From the NCBI GenBank assembly GCA_964035575.1, contig OZ037845.1, positions 1,116,001-1,180,000 on the forward strand: 64,000 nt of DNA, written 5' to 3'. A program made the translations under genes and the position numbers. The stretch is from Rhynchopus sp. YZ270_cl-10. Its lineage: Eukaryota. The notes beneath the pieces were generated by a model. The model saw only the letters and a list, made by a program, of their open reading frames with translations. It was not told where the DNA came from and searched no databases. Shown here in pieces: positions 36,731 to 48,149 of the stretch (positions within the stretch are counted from its first letter, which is position 1; each line of letters begins with the position of its first letter).

Positions 36731-37803
36731 TGCTCAGCTTACAAATGTTTTCTTGGCTGCACTTTTTCTTTGCAGGTGGGATCATATGCTAGTTTTTCAA
36801 GTTTTCACTTTTCTCTTTTCTCTACTTTAAAATATTCGCATTGTGTCGTTTTTACAACGTGTTCTCGTTTTTTTCGGGCTTTTATATTAGCAGTTGCTTT
36901 TTTGTGGATGTGACAAAGCGAGGCTGCCAGCACACATGAGATCCTTCTTCTCCTGTCTTGCGTCTTCCTCATTCGCAGTAACAACTTTGCAGCTGCTTTT
37001 TTTTTCACCTGACGATTTCCCTCTTTTTGAGGGCCACGTTGTTGTTTTGAAACGCACATTTTTCGGTTATGTCACTGTTTTCTATTTTCCATGTTCGCAT
37101 TGTTGTGTTCCCTTTGGAACACAATGGTGTTCATTGTTTTTCTTTTCCTTTTCCCTTTCCTCGCCCGCCCCCACGTGCAAACACACACGCACCGACAATG
37201 CGCACCAAGTTTGCCGTTGCTCTGTGTGTGTGTGATGTTCTGCACGACCTTCTCTCTGTCTTGAGGGGTTCTTTTTTTTGTGTGTACTCTCTCCTTTTCC
37301 CTTGTTTGCACTTTGCAAAAAGAGGGAAAGGCGGGCCTGAAATAAAAGTAAAACCTCACAACAGGTTTTCGTCAGGACCACATCCTCAGCAGAAGAAAAC
37401 AAAGTAAAACCAAAGCATGAAACAATAAAGCCCCTTCTCCCTCTGCCACATCTTTGTTACCTATGGACAGCTCCTCTCCCATCATTATACAACCACCCTC
37501 GTGGTAACCGTATGCATGTCAATGAAGTGCTCTCTGTGGTTTGATAACACGCAGAGAACCAGAGTTTGCGTCCCGCCGGTGTGCAGTGAGGCGTTTTCAC
37601 TTTAATATTCTCTCTTTTTTTACTGCCCAAGTTAGCGACTCAGGGTTTTTGCTCCATTATAGACTCTCCCACACTGCGAAACGGGCAGAAGACCCCAACC
37701 GGACCCACATTATACAGGCCTAATTACCCTGTGTTCGCAATGATCCCCCTTCATCTGGTTGATGAGTGGAAGCGGGAGTAGCACATATCAGATGTAAACC
37801 ACG

Positions 37804-37911
37804 AAATGGATGTAGGTAGGACTGCATGGTTGGGTGTCCACCCCCCCGGTACAGCCGGTCATTGTACCACGGTGCACTGTTCACGAGAGGGCTTTTGTAT
37901 TTCAAGTCAAC
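37804..37911 (+). repeat. Representative of dispersed family C ending ..CACGAGAGGGCTTTGTATTTCAAGTCAAC
   Basis: Long copies at 37804-37911 and 41590-41693. Short 3'-only copies near 13957, 25085 and 40669. Confidence 0.8.
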
Positions 37912-38084
37912 CTTTTTTTTCACACTCCTTCCACCCAACAGACCTAATTGATACACTACCCTGACAAGCGTCCCCCCCCACCCCCCCAACCCCCCCTAGT
38001 TGAAGTTCTCCTCTATCTGAATTTTTCTGGGGGGGTTTCGTTCTTCAGGAGGTTTTTTTCTTCTTCGGGGGACGCAAAAGAAGG

Positions 38085-40400
38085 ATGACAGAGGGGAAGG
38101 ACGTGGCGAGTAGCTGGGAGTGGGGACGTTTGTTGGGGAAGGGGTCCTATGGGGACGTCTTTCTTGCGTGGGAGGCGGGTAAGGCAGATGCGTACGCGGT
38201 TAAGGTAGTACGCTTGCACAGGGGGATGGGTCTTGACAAATGCTCGGAATTTCTAAAGGAAGTAGGAATTATGCGGAAAATGGGACAACACGACCGTATA
38301 GTGAACTGTGTAGGTTCTATGTTCGATGAACGTGGCATGCTTTGCATTGTCATGGAGTATATGGGTGGTGGTCCGCTTGGTGCACATCTTCGCAGTTCCG
38401 ACGCACTTCCTAACATAACCGCAGCAAAGTGCATGAAACAAATTCTCGAAGGGTTGAAACATTTGCACGCCAATTCGATTTACCACCGAGACCTGAAAGG
38501 GGATAACATTCTTATCAAGCACCTCTACACCTGCGGGACTCCGGTTCTGAAAATTGCGGATTTTGGAAATTCTAAGGTTCGCGAAACGCAGGTGAGAGAC
38601 TCTGTTATTTCCTCACTCAACAACACTACCCATGCCGACACCGTGGCGGGCACTGCACTGTGGATGGCACCTGAGGTGATCCGTGCCGCAAAGAACGCAG
38701 ACGGATACTCTGCTGCAAAATCCGACGTCTGGTCGCTTGGTATTGTACACTGTGAGGTCCTGAACCAGGGGAAAACCCCGTGGCCGTCGTACGAACATCC
38801 TGTACAAGCTCTGTTTGACATCGCACAGTTTGATGGTGGTGAAGAAGGAAAAGGGCTTCCACCCAAAGTTCCTGTTAACCTCGAAAAGCAATGTGCAGAC
38901 TTCATGGCGCACTGTCTCCGGGTCAACACCCAGCACCGTCCTAGCGCGGCGACGTTGTTGCAGCATCCGTACCTCAACAAAATCGACCCCAGACCTGTAG
39001 GCACGCTCGACATCAAATACGATTCCTCACCGCCCCTGAAGGAGCACGAAAAGATCAGCGATACGTCCAAACTGTTTCCTGTTGAGACGCCGATGAGGTT
39101 GTCGATTCTTTGCAAAAGCGCGGGGGTGGACCTTGATGCGGGGGTTGAGAAGAGGGAGTTGGCTGAACCCGATTTTATTCAAACTAGCACTTGGACCGAA
39201 ATTTCCACAGGCAGTGTGGAGCTGACCCCACCTGTTTCACCTAGCCCTTCTGGAGCCCTTCGCGTTGACGAAGACGCATGCGAAGACGAAGCAGATGTTG
39301 AGTGCAGAACCGCGACCTCCGAAGGCGAAAGCTTCTACGTCGAGGACGACAAAGACGATGACCTCATCGACGAGCTTGCCGAAGAGCAGGAATACCTTGC
39401 CGAGCTGGAAGAAGAAGAACGCTCCCGCATCAACAACGAAACCGCCGGCCTCATCGAACAACTCGAAGACGAAGAGGAAGCGGAAGAAGCCTTCCAACAG
39501 CAGCTCGAACGCGACTCCGACTCCGACGACGGCATCACCATGGAGGAGCTCCTCCACAGCCACGCAGGGCTCGTACAACGTCCTGACAGCCTCAACGAAA
39601 CCTACGATATGACTGCAGAGGTTGCTTCACCTGCAACCCCTATCGGTTCGCTTGGAATGATGTCTGGTGTACCACCACCACCGGTCATGAAGAAAAACAC
39701 TGTCTCTGTTCAGGACGTTTGTGTCTCCGATCTGGACTTTGCCATTCCACATCTTGGATTCGGCAGACGGAACCAACAACAACAACAACCTGGCTCCCCC
39801 GACAGCCCAAACTCCTCCGGATACCAACTCCCCGCAGCTCCTGCAATGGGAGGAGCGCTGTCTGTCGCAGAGGACCGCAGGGTGCCACGGCCTTTGATGA
39901 TGATGGGCGGTGTCATGAGCAACCCTTCCACCACCCCCACCACCCCAGCCACAGCCAGGGTCATGACCCCAGCCACCCCAGCGATGCTAGAGGAGAGTGT
40001 CAAAAGAACGCCACCGAATATGGGAAATGCTCCAAGATTAGGAGGAAGTGTGTCAGTCCGGCTTGCGGTAAGCGCCTTCCAGAAACCCTCCTCCCCTGTG
40101 ATGAGACGGCATAGTACTGGTCCAGGTGCCTCCTTCAGCCCTGCTAGTAGCGCAAATGGAAGTCCCAATTCGGTGTTTACCCCTCCAGGTGTCGATACCG
40201 GATCCTCCCCTCCGCTCACCCCACAGCAAAGCAGGGACAGAAGGAACTCTGCGCCAAACACAAACTTCATGCCAACATTCGCGACGCACGAAGCACGGCA
40301 CATCCCCCATGGATTGGTCCGTGACACTCGCAGGGTTTTTGAACCGAATTCTCCTCTTTCATCACGTCAATTCAACCCAGCGCTCTACAGTCGAGTGTGA
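38085..40400 (+). CDS. Ser/Thr protein kinase, STE/MAP3K-like, with acidic and Pro/Ser-rich C-terminal region
   Basis: LGKGSYGDV, AVK, HRDLKGDNIL, DFG, GTALWMAPE and DVWSLG motifs. Confidence 0.95.
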   Translation: MTEGKDVASSWEWGRLLGKGSYGDVFLAWEAGKADAYAVKVVRLHRGMGLDKCSEFLKEVGIMRKMGQHDRIVNCVGSMFDERGMLCIVMEYMGGGPLGAHLRSSDALPNITAAKCMKQILEGLKHLHANSIYHRDLKGDNILIKHLYTCGTPVLKIADFGNSKVRETQVRDSVISSLNNTTHADTVAGTALWMAPEVIRAAKNADGYSAAKSDVWSLGIVHCEVLNQGKTPWPSYEHPVQALFDIAQFDGGEEGKGLPPKVPVNLEKQCADFMAHCLRVNTQHRPSAATLLQHPYLNKIDPRPVGTLDIKYDSSPPLKEHEKISDTSKLFPVETPMRLSILCKSAGVDLDAGVEKRELAEPDFIQTSTWTEISTGSVELTPPVSPSPSGALRVDEDACEDEADVECRTATSEGESFYVEDDKDDDLIDELAEEQEYLAELEEEERSRINNETAGLIEQLEDEEEAEEAFQQQLERDSDSDDGITMEELLHSHAGLVQRPDSLNETYDMTAEVASPATPIGSLGMMSGVPPPPVMKKNTVSVQDVCVSDLDFAIPHLGFGRRNQQQQQPGSPDSPNSSGYQLPAAPAMGGALSVAEDRRVPRPLMMMGGVMSNPSTTPTTPATARVMTPATPAMLEESVKRTPPNMGNAPRLGGSVSVRLAVSAFQKPSSPVMRRHSTGPGASFSPASSANGSPNSVFTPPGVDTGSSPPLTPQQSRDRRNSAPNTNFMPTFATHEARHIPHGLVRDTRRVFEPNSPLSSRQFNPALYSRV

Positions 40401-40864
40401 TAAAGGGGGGATAGGTTGGGATGGAAACGGATATTCTATGTGATTCAAATAGTACTACGGAGTGGTATATTGAAGGTGTGGTATTAAAAACAAAAACACA
40501 AAAAAAAAAAAATGCAATTTAAAACAACAAAAAAACCCGATCCAAAATTATTGGAGGGGGTGCAAAATGGGATGGGGTTGTGTCTTTTTTTTAGCATGTT
40601 TTTTTTCCCCCACAAGGTGACTAAGCGCGAGATGGTTAGGGTCATCTTATAAACTTTTCTTTTTTTTTAGGTACACTGTCACGAGAGTGGCTTTGTATTT
40701 CAAGTCAAAAAAAAATTTTTCTCTTCCCCCCCTTTATTCCTTTTCTCCGTTTTCCATTCTTTTTCTACTCATATGTTTTGTTTGATCTGTCCATCTTCTT
40801 CGTGGGTTTGTTCGTTCCGGCTTTTTTGTTTTTTGTTTTTTTTTTTTTTTTTACAGATGAAATT

Positions 40865-41318
40865 CAGGGTGTTTCCTAATTTGCTTCCGCTTCCGGGGAT
40901 TTGGAAAAAATTGGCCAGGGAAAAAAATTGCGGGAAAAAATTAGGGACGTATTTAAAGTGCTTATGTTTTGGTATTTTCCCGAAAAAAGTATGTTCGCTG
41001 TTCTGGATCGCTCCAATCATTCAAATAAAGCAGTTTTCGGGAATTTTTATTTTCACCGATGTTGGGTACCGTGCGCCTGCGGCGCTGCCTGTTTCTACAG
41101 GCAAACACTTGGCCCCCTTTACCTTACACTGACGGGTTTTGACCAAAACCAAGGACTTGTCCATTTCGTCAAATTGACCCCACCACAGCGCGGACGGATT
41201 CCGGAAATGCCATTCGCGGTGTGTTTTGGGCCTGAAAACCTACCGTTTCTTCAGGGAAAAAATTTGCTTCCGGATGTCGAAATTTTCCGGAAAAGTTCCG
41301 AAATTAGGAAACACCCTG
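40865..41318. mobile_element. hAT-type MITE (454 bp)
   Basis: TIR CAGGGTGTTTCCTAATTT / AAATTAGGAAACACCCTG with perfect 8-bp TSD ATGAAATT. Confidence 0.92.
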
Positions 41319-41746
41319 ATGAAATTTGCAATGAGAGGTACGTTCAGCTACTCAAATTTTCTTTTTAGGTGCGGTGTGTACGGTGAGTCATTTTGCACTT
41401 TCAAAAAACTTCCCTTTCTTTTTGTTATGTCGCTTTTTTTTCTTCTTCTTCAATAAGGTTCACAGGATGAGTTGGGCCTCTTATCTTATCAGACCCATAT
41501 CGTCTTCCCCCCCTCAATTTTTTTTTTGCCTTGTAAGATGTGTGTGAGGCATTCATCTGAGAAGTTTTTCTTTAAACCCTTTTCGCACAAAATGGATGCA
41601 GGACTGCATGTTTGGGGTCCACCCCGGTACACCTGGGTCATGCACCAAAGGTACACTGTTTCTCACGAGAGGGCCTTTGTATTTCAAGTCAACTATTTTG
41701 CACCCGTTTGTCCCCCACATAGGGTTTCTCCCCCCCTCACTCCACC

Positions 41747-41885
41747 CACAGCTGAGAATAAGACTCGGGGACCCGGTTATTCTCAGCAGGACTGGGACTG
41801 GACCTGGACCTGGACCTGGACCTGGACCTGGACCTGGACCTGGACCTGGACCTGGACCGGGGGACCCGGCTTATTCTCTGTTGTG
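41747..41885. repeat. Small inverted-repeat element enclosing a (GGACCT)n array
   Basis: CACAGCTGAGAATAAG ... CTTATTCTCTGTTGTG imperfect inverted ends with about ten GGACCT units inside. Confidence 0.65.
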
Positions 41886-42436
41886 CCTCCACCACCCCCA
41901 CCCTCCCATGACATTGGAAAATAATCTGTAGAGGTTACGAGATTCATAAAATGGGATTTTTTTTTGGAAGTGTCATTTTAAAAAATACTCCATGAAAACG
42001 ATTCCCCCATCATTTTGATTGTATTTTCTTTTTTTTTTTTTTGTCTCTCTTTGCTACGGCACTTGAATTGTTTTGAAGGAAGGCAGGGACAAATCAAGGG
42101 GGTTCTATTTTCCTATGAGTAGTAGGTATATTTTCCCAACTTGACAACCCCAAAAAGGCGTTGTTAAGCCCCTCTCTCTCTCTCTTTCTCTCTCAATATC
42201 TCTTGCATTTTCTCATATTATCAATAGTGGAAAAATGATGTGTTCAAAAACGCTCTGCAACCGGAGTGGACAACCTTCAACTGGTTACTCGTAAAAAATT
42301 GCAGAGGTTTGTGATAATTAAAAAAAGCTGCTCTCAAGGGTTCAGGACGAATTACGTCTATACCTTTTGTAGTACAAAAAGGCTTCGGCTAACGTTGAGT
42401 ACAGATCCTATTAGCCCCGAATGGGTTCTTTAGGAG

Positions 42437-43067
42437 CAGGGTATTAGTTACCGTACAAATTCTGGTTTTGAAAACCAGAATTCCCCAATTCTGGTTATTC
42501 AAGAAAAAAAAAAAAGTGAGATTCGGGATTTTCCAAAAAAAAATTTTTTTTGGCCAGGGGCCCGAAGGAAGTTCGGTTCCCACCCACCCCCCCAGCAGCC
42601 CAACCTCCTCGTATCGAGCGAGAATAAGGAATCGACGATCATAAAAAAGTAGCGTACCGTGGCTGCGCCTGTGGCGCAGCCAAAAATTCTGAGCAGTAGC
42701 CCTACCATGCCATAGTTTTGCTGTAAAAATGTTCGATTTTATATCACAATTTTTGAAATGTTGCGTACCGTGGCTTCGCCAGAACAGTTTTGATGCCATG
42801 ACCGCCGTTTCTTCTTGTACTAAGGGAAGGTTTTGTTTGCTAGAGAGAGCCCGCTGCAGGTTGGTTTGGTTCTTGATGTACGTTACCATCCCACGTCATC
42901 ACGTTTTGACGCGAAATGAACGGACCTTTTCGTGCGGAGCGCGAAAAATTTTTTGTTGACCCTTTTTTTTGGCAGACCACAAGAAAAAATAGCGATTCCT
43001 GCTGGGGGAGGGAAAAAACCAGATAACCAGAATTTGGCCGGAAAAAAAAAAGCTAACTAATACCCTG
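42437..43067. mobile_element. hAT-type MITE (631 bp)
   Basis: TIR CAGGGTATTAGTTA / TAACTAATACCCTG with 8-bp TSD TTTAGGAG. Confidence 0.92.
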
Positions 43068-44382
43068 TTTAGGAGGTTGTCGACACAAAAAAAAAAGTGT
43101 GTGTGGGTGGGTAGCTCCCAGATCTCAGAGGGGAGTATTACCTAGAAATGTCCCTCTTTTTTTTTCACCCCTAAGATATGTGCTTCGCAGAGAGGTATAG
43201 TAGTCTTACAAAAGCTTTTTTTTCCCTTCCACTTCCAATTTTTAAATAGTTTAGGGTGGTCAATATACTAGCCCCTTGGCAACACCCTTCTCCAAAAAAA
43301 AAAAATCCCCCTTTTTTTAGCTGACTAATCTCTAGAGGCTTAAGTTCATCTTGTATTTTTTTTGTGAAGGATGTGCAGGCGTTGTGGTGCATTGTCTCGC
43401 TCCAGAGAGAGCGTGTTGCAGCTATTCTTGTGCTGGCGGCAAATGTCTGCATGTTCTGCACGTTGATTACTACGTTATTGTTGTTGGTTTTATCTATAGT
43501 GGTGTTATTGTGTATTTTTGATGTTTTTTTTTTTGTGCCGGAATCCCAGCTATTTTTTGCAGAGTTGTGGTAAAAACAAATAGGAAAGTGGAGATTTGCA
43601 CAAAACTGTGGCAACATAAACCGAGGCAACTTCACTATTTCAACAATTTTTATCAAACATACCATCAGAAAATACACATCACCCCTCCATTATCCGCTTC
43701 TTCTCCACTACGATTTGCCATATTTTTTTTTTGGGTTCTTTTTTTGATCCACTGAACGCAAATTACCCAGAACAATTACCCCATTATTTTTCTGACTTCC
43801 TTTCGTACGGTGTTTTGAGTGTGTGAGACTGTAGCTCATCTCTCCTTTTTTCAAAAGGTAAACTGAGCACAGAGGAGCTCAGACTCATGCCAACTTTTTT
43901 TTAAAAAAAGCTGTGTTTTTAAAAATTGTGTGTGACGACATTCGTCGGTTTCTTTCTTTATCCCATGCCCTTTTATAATAAGTCTTTGTGCGGTGAATTG
44001 AAGGGTGTACTGCAGGAGGGCGAATTTTTTTTTCTCTCAGACATTTTTTCGATCCTAATCAATTGGATAGCGTGGCGTTAAAATTGGTAAACTGTCTTTT
44101 TTTTAAAGTGTGCGAATCAAAGCATATTAATTTCAAGTTTTTTCTCATATTTTTTTTTTCTCTTCTTTGCATCAACAAGTGGAAAGGGATCCCCATAAAT
44201 GTCCAGAATAAAGAGCCCTACATCATAGCCTTTTTCAAGAAGGGTATGTAGTTAAAAAAAGACCACATTATGCCAATACATTTTTTGTCATTAAAAAAAG
44301 GGCAAAAATACTATATTTTTTGTTTCTCGTCATACGCCAGGCGTTATAGATGACCCCTACCCTTTTTTTGTGTTTTTTTATT

Positions 44383-44422
44383 AGGTGACTAAGCACGAGA
44401 GGCTTAGGATCATCTTATACAC
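44383..44422 (+). repeat. Representative of dispersed hairpin family A (AGGTGACTAAGCACGAGAGGCTTAGGTTCATCTTAY..AC), roughly 20 or more degenerate copies by eye
   Basis: Copies seen near 2080, 3122, 4955, 10375, 10921, 11797, 12483, 14877, 15250, 21392, 33476, 40615, 43318, 44383, 46159, 46843, 47526, 56470. All are in the + orientation. Confidence 0.85.
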
Positions 44423-44709
44423 TTTTCTTTTTTTTTCACTCCTGGGGTTTCGATAATCCCCACGGAGTGTCGGTACTTCTGCGTCCCAGAGGCGTTTTTG
44501 CACTATCAGGATTTTTTTTTTTTGAAGCGACAGTGCAAATCTTTCCTTACTGTCTCTTCCGTTTCCACATTGGTTGTGTTCCCTCAATAGCATGTTCACA
44601 TTCTTACTAAGGTCGATCCATAACATCCCTTTTTTTCTCTGAAAGAACATCCTTACTTTTGCTAAATCAACATCACCCCCCCACCGCTATTCTGCTGGGT
44701 TATACAGCT

Positions 44710-44958
44710 TGACTCATCAGATCCCACAAAGGGTGTAGGTTCATCTAGACAGCAGGACGGTGGCCATGGAAGTCGGCATCCGATAATGAGTGTGTAACAA
44801 CTCACCTGCCGAATGAAGCTATTCCCGAAAATGGATGGTGGTGCTCAAGCGACCCACCCATAGTCGGCCGTGCTCCGGTATTGAAAAGGCCATAGGAGTG
44901 CGTGACCCACGCCGCGAAAGGAGATGGCGTGAGCCTCTCTGGAGCGTGGGGTGAGTGC
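44710..44958 (+). pseudogene. Degenerate fragment of LSU (28S) rRNA
   Basis: Contains the conserved LSU core CATCTAGACAGCAGGACGGTGGCCATGGAAGTCGG..ATCCG..AGTGTGTAACAACTCACCTGCCGAATGAA...GAAAATGGATGG, isolated in T/A-rich DNA. Confidence 0.9.
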
Positions 44959-46427
44959 TCTAATAAAGTGCTCAAAAATGCAAAAAAAATCAAAAAAAAA
45001 ATCAAAAAAAAAAAAAAAGCAATGATGAGCTCAGGGAATGGTCCATTGTATGTGTCCTTTTTGCTCATTAGAAAGTCTATAGTTCAGGTCTCAATGTATG
45101 TGTCTGCAGGATAGTAACCTCTGCAAAACACTTCTTTTTCAAATCGTTACAAACGCCTTTTTTTAAAACATCGGTCATCGTCGTTCCGAAATGTAATAAA
45201 AAAATAAACGAATTTCCGTAAAATGTTTTCCAAGACTTTCAAAACCCCAGAAAAAAAAAAGGTGATTTTCACCCTAGTTATGTTGCTCTGTTTAGTCCGT
45301 GCGAGTTCTTTGAAAACTCAGTTTCTGTGAGTTTTATTTGCCTTATTTCTTTTTGTTCCCTATTGTCATGCCTGAGACCCTTTGACAAATATGTTAAGAA
45401 TGGTGTGTTGTGTTATTTTCCGCAGAAACTAGAGTCTTTTGTGTCTACAAGTGAAAGCTATTTGTGGATTGCAAAAGGTAAGCCAAAAAAAACCTTCTCC
45501 CCTAAAGGGGAAAAGAACCCATACTGCACTTTGACGTTTTCTTTTTTTTTTTATAGAAAAGAAATGTGGTTGCTGCAGCTAAAGACGGAATAGCTTATCT
45601 AATCCTATCCTTCTGCGAGAGTTTTTTTGTTTATTTGCTTTTTTTGTGCTCCAATATTTTAGGATTTTTCGAAAGAACAAAATCACATCGGGTGAATTTC
45701 ATCTCGCTTTTTTTGGAGGTTCTGTTCACATTGAATGTCGAACACAAAATCCTTTAGCTGTGTGTGCACAAGAAGGCACTGTCATATTCTTCAAATTTTA
45801 TTAGGAAATTCTTACCCTTTTTGCCCTGCGTTTTAGTGTGAGGAAACGCTTCACACTGGGGGAGGGCTATAGAATACACTGTGACTAATCGGGAGACCCT
45901 TGGTACTTTCGTTTCATTTTAACGATGCATAACAGCCACCCTTTTTAAAGATATTTTTTTTTGCATGCTGCGTGAGGGATATCACCTTTGCGCGCATTCT
46001 TTTTGCTTGCCATAAACCTTAACCAAACGATGTTTACATTATACAGTCATTTTTTCCCTTTTTTTTTTTTCAATACCAGAATAGGTGAAGGAAACCGCAC
46101 TTCACCTTAAATTCCACTTTTTTTTTTTATTGTGTTTTTTTTTTAAATACTTTTTTGGGGTTACTAAGCACAGAGGCTTAGATTCATCTTACCAAAAACC
46201 CTTCTCTCTTTTTTTTCTTTTTTCTTTCTCCACAGTCCACCCCCCTTCGTGGAGAATATTCCTTTTTTTCATGAGTCCACAGAGACCTTTGCATTTCCAA
46301 CTCTCTTTCCCCCCCTTTTTTGATGCCATATTTTATCGATGTATTTTTGTTTCCCCACAATGTTGAGTTGTGCACTACAGGGTAACGTTAGAAGTTGGGT
46401 TCAGGTAGGGTGTGAGGGGGGGGGGTA

Positions 46428-46612
46428 TAGTCAAACTCAGGGTTTTCTTTCCCCCGCTGACAGTTTCAAGTCCGTTCCCTTGACTGCTGTTTCGCCAGAT
46501 AGTAGTTAGGGACAGAAGGAATCTCATTGGTCCATTCATGCGCGTCTTTAATTAGAAGACGAGGCATTTGGCTACCTTAAGAGAGAGTCATTTAGTTTAC
46601 TCCTGCCGTTTT
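46428..46612 (-). pseudogene. Degenerate fragment of LSU (28S) rRNA, domain IV/V region
   Basis: The + strand reads as antisense LSU: TTCTTTCCCCGCTGA...TCCATTCATGCGCGTC..TAATTAGA.GACGAGGCATTTGGCTACCTTAAGAGAG..CAT..AGTT.ACTCC.GCCGTT, with small indels. Confidence 0.9.
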
Positions 46613-47677
46613 ATACCATACAACGAAAACGCACCGATCCGATACAAAAAAAACGCCAAAAAAAACCTCGACAGAGAAAAAAACTGTTGAGGAATTTAAA
46701 AAAAAAATGCCTAAAAGAAAGGACTGCTGAGATGTTTCATTTTCAAGCTTTAGCTCAGTTGGGAGGGGGGGGGGTAAAAAAAAAATGGATGTATAGAAAG
46801 AAGCGAATCTTATTTCCCCTTTCCCTCCCCCTCGGTTCTTTTAGGTGACCAAGAGGTTTAGGTTCATCTTACAAATTACTATTTTTTTGTGTGCTTTCAT
46901 GGCTGGCATCGTACAATGGGTCGGTCGGAGGTGCCTGCATCAATAACTACCTTTTTTTTTTTCTCCCCCACCGCGGATGCATTTAAGTATGCAGCCAGCA
47001 GCCGCACTGTCGTTACATAACAACGTATTTTTCCCTCTTTCAATGCAACCCGATTTCAAAAAAAAAAAAAAAAAAAAAAATAGTGAGGACTGTAGCCAGC
47101 TACACTAAACCAGCAGATTAAAAAGTGGTTGCAATGTGGCATCTACGTTAAACTCGAACACCTTTTTTCAAAAAGGTCAATACTTTTTGTGCGGCTTTCG
47201 GCCGGTTTTTGAGTACAGATCTTTCTTCCAGAAGGTGGAAAAGTGATACAGCAATAAAGTGTTATTTCATATAACGGTATCCACAAAATGAGAGGTACGA
47301 AGGTGAAGGCTGCGTGATGGTGTCTACACATTGTCAATTGTTCAATTAGAAAGAAACGTTCTACGAAGAGGCGATTGTCGACAAAAAGGAAGGGAAAAAA
47401 ACGTTTTCTTTTTTGCTTGGAAAGAGTGCAATAAAATTCAGAAAAAGAAACCACCTGTTTTTTTGAGGTGTAGGTCATCTAAGATAACATATGTTATTTC
47501 CCCGCATTTTTCTCTCCCCCCCCCAAGGTGGCGTGGATTAGGTTCATCTCACCATATGCTGTAGTGCGCATAAAAGATGCATTGTGCCCTTGAGGCGAGT
47601 CCATCTTTTTCTCACGTTTTTTTTAATCTAGCCTTTTATGATACTTCTCTCTCTCTCTTTCTTTCTGTTCTTTTTTT

Positions 47678-47714
47678 GATGTGTGTGCACGAGAGGCATG
47701 TTCATCATACAAGT
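47678..47714 (+). repeat. Representative of dispersed hairpin family H (AGATGTGTGCACGAGAGGCACATTCATCTTAC)
   Basis: Copies near 2583, 4637, 9340, 12177, 12441, 19925, 41536, 43174, 47678. All are in the + orientation. Confidence 0.8.
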
Positions 47715-48149
47715 TTTCCTTTTCTCTCTTTTGGTATCCTATTCCTTTTTTCTCTCCTCACACAACAAAAAAAAAGTGCAGAAATTGAAAACAGATACTT
47801 TAAAAAATGGAAATCTATTTTTTGTTCTGATCCCCGAGATCATCCGCAAAGATTGTTCAGGTTTGATGCGTATTTCGGCACCTTCAACGCCAGCTCGGTT
47901 TTGAAGATCCCGACAGACACCAGAGCAAGCAGTCGCATCTTCCACACCGCAATTTACACTATTCTTCTGCTCAGTCATTGCGAGGATATAGGAAATGCAA
48001 GACCGTGTCTCACCTATCTCGCCTATTCTCTGTAATCCACAACATGCCACGAGACTTTATTTAGATAATCTTCTTGAAATCTTCACAAAGCCCCATCCCA
48101 CATCCACACCCCCACACCCCCCTCAGAACACACAACTCCTTTGTACCCC

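Noticed and set aside
42322..42408. Hammerhead ribozyme (GACGAA / TTCGGC motifs)
   Set aside because: I found no CTGANGA core in the proper arrangement on either strand.
44710..46612. Functional rRNA locus
   Set aside because: The pieces are short, contain indels, lie in opposite orientations and have no surrounding rDNA.
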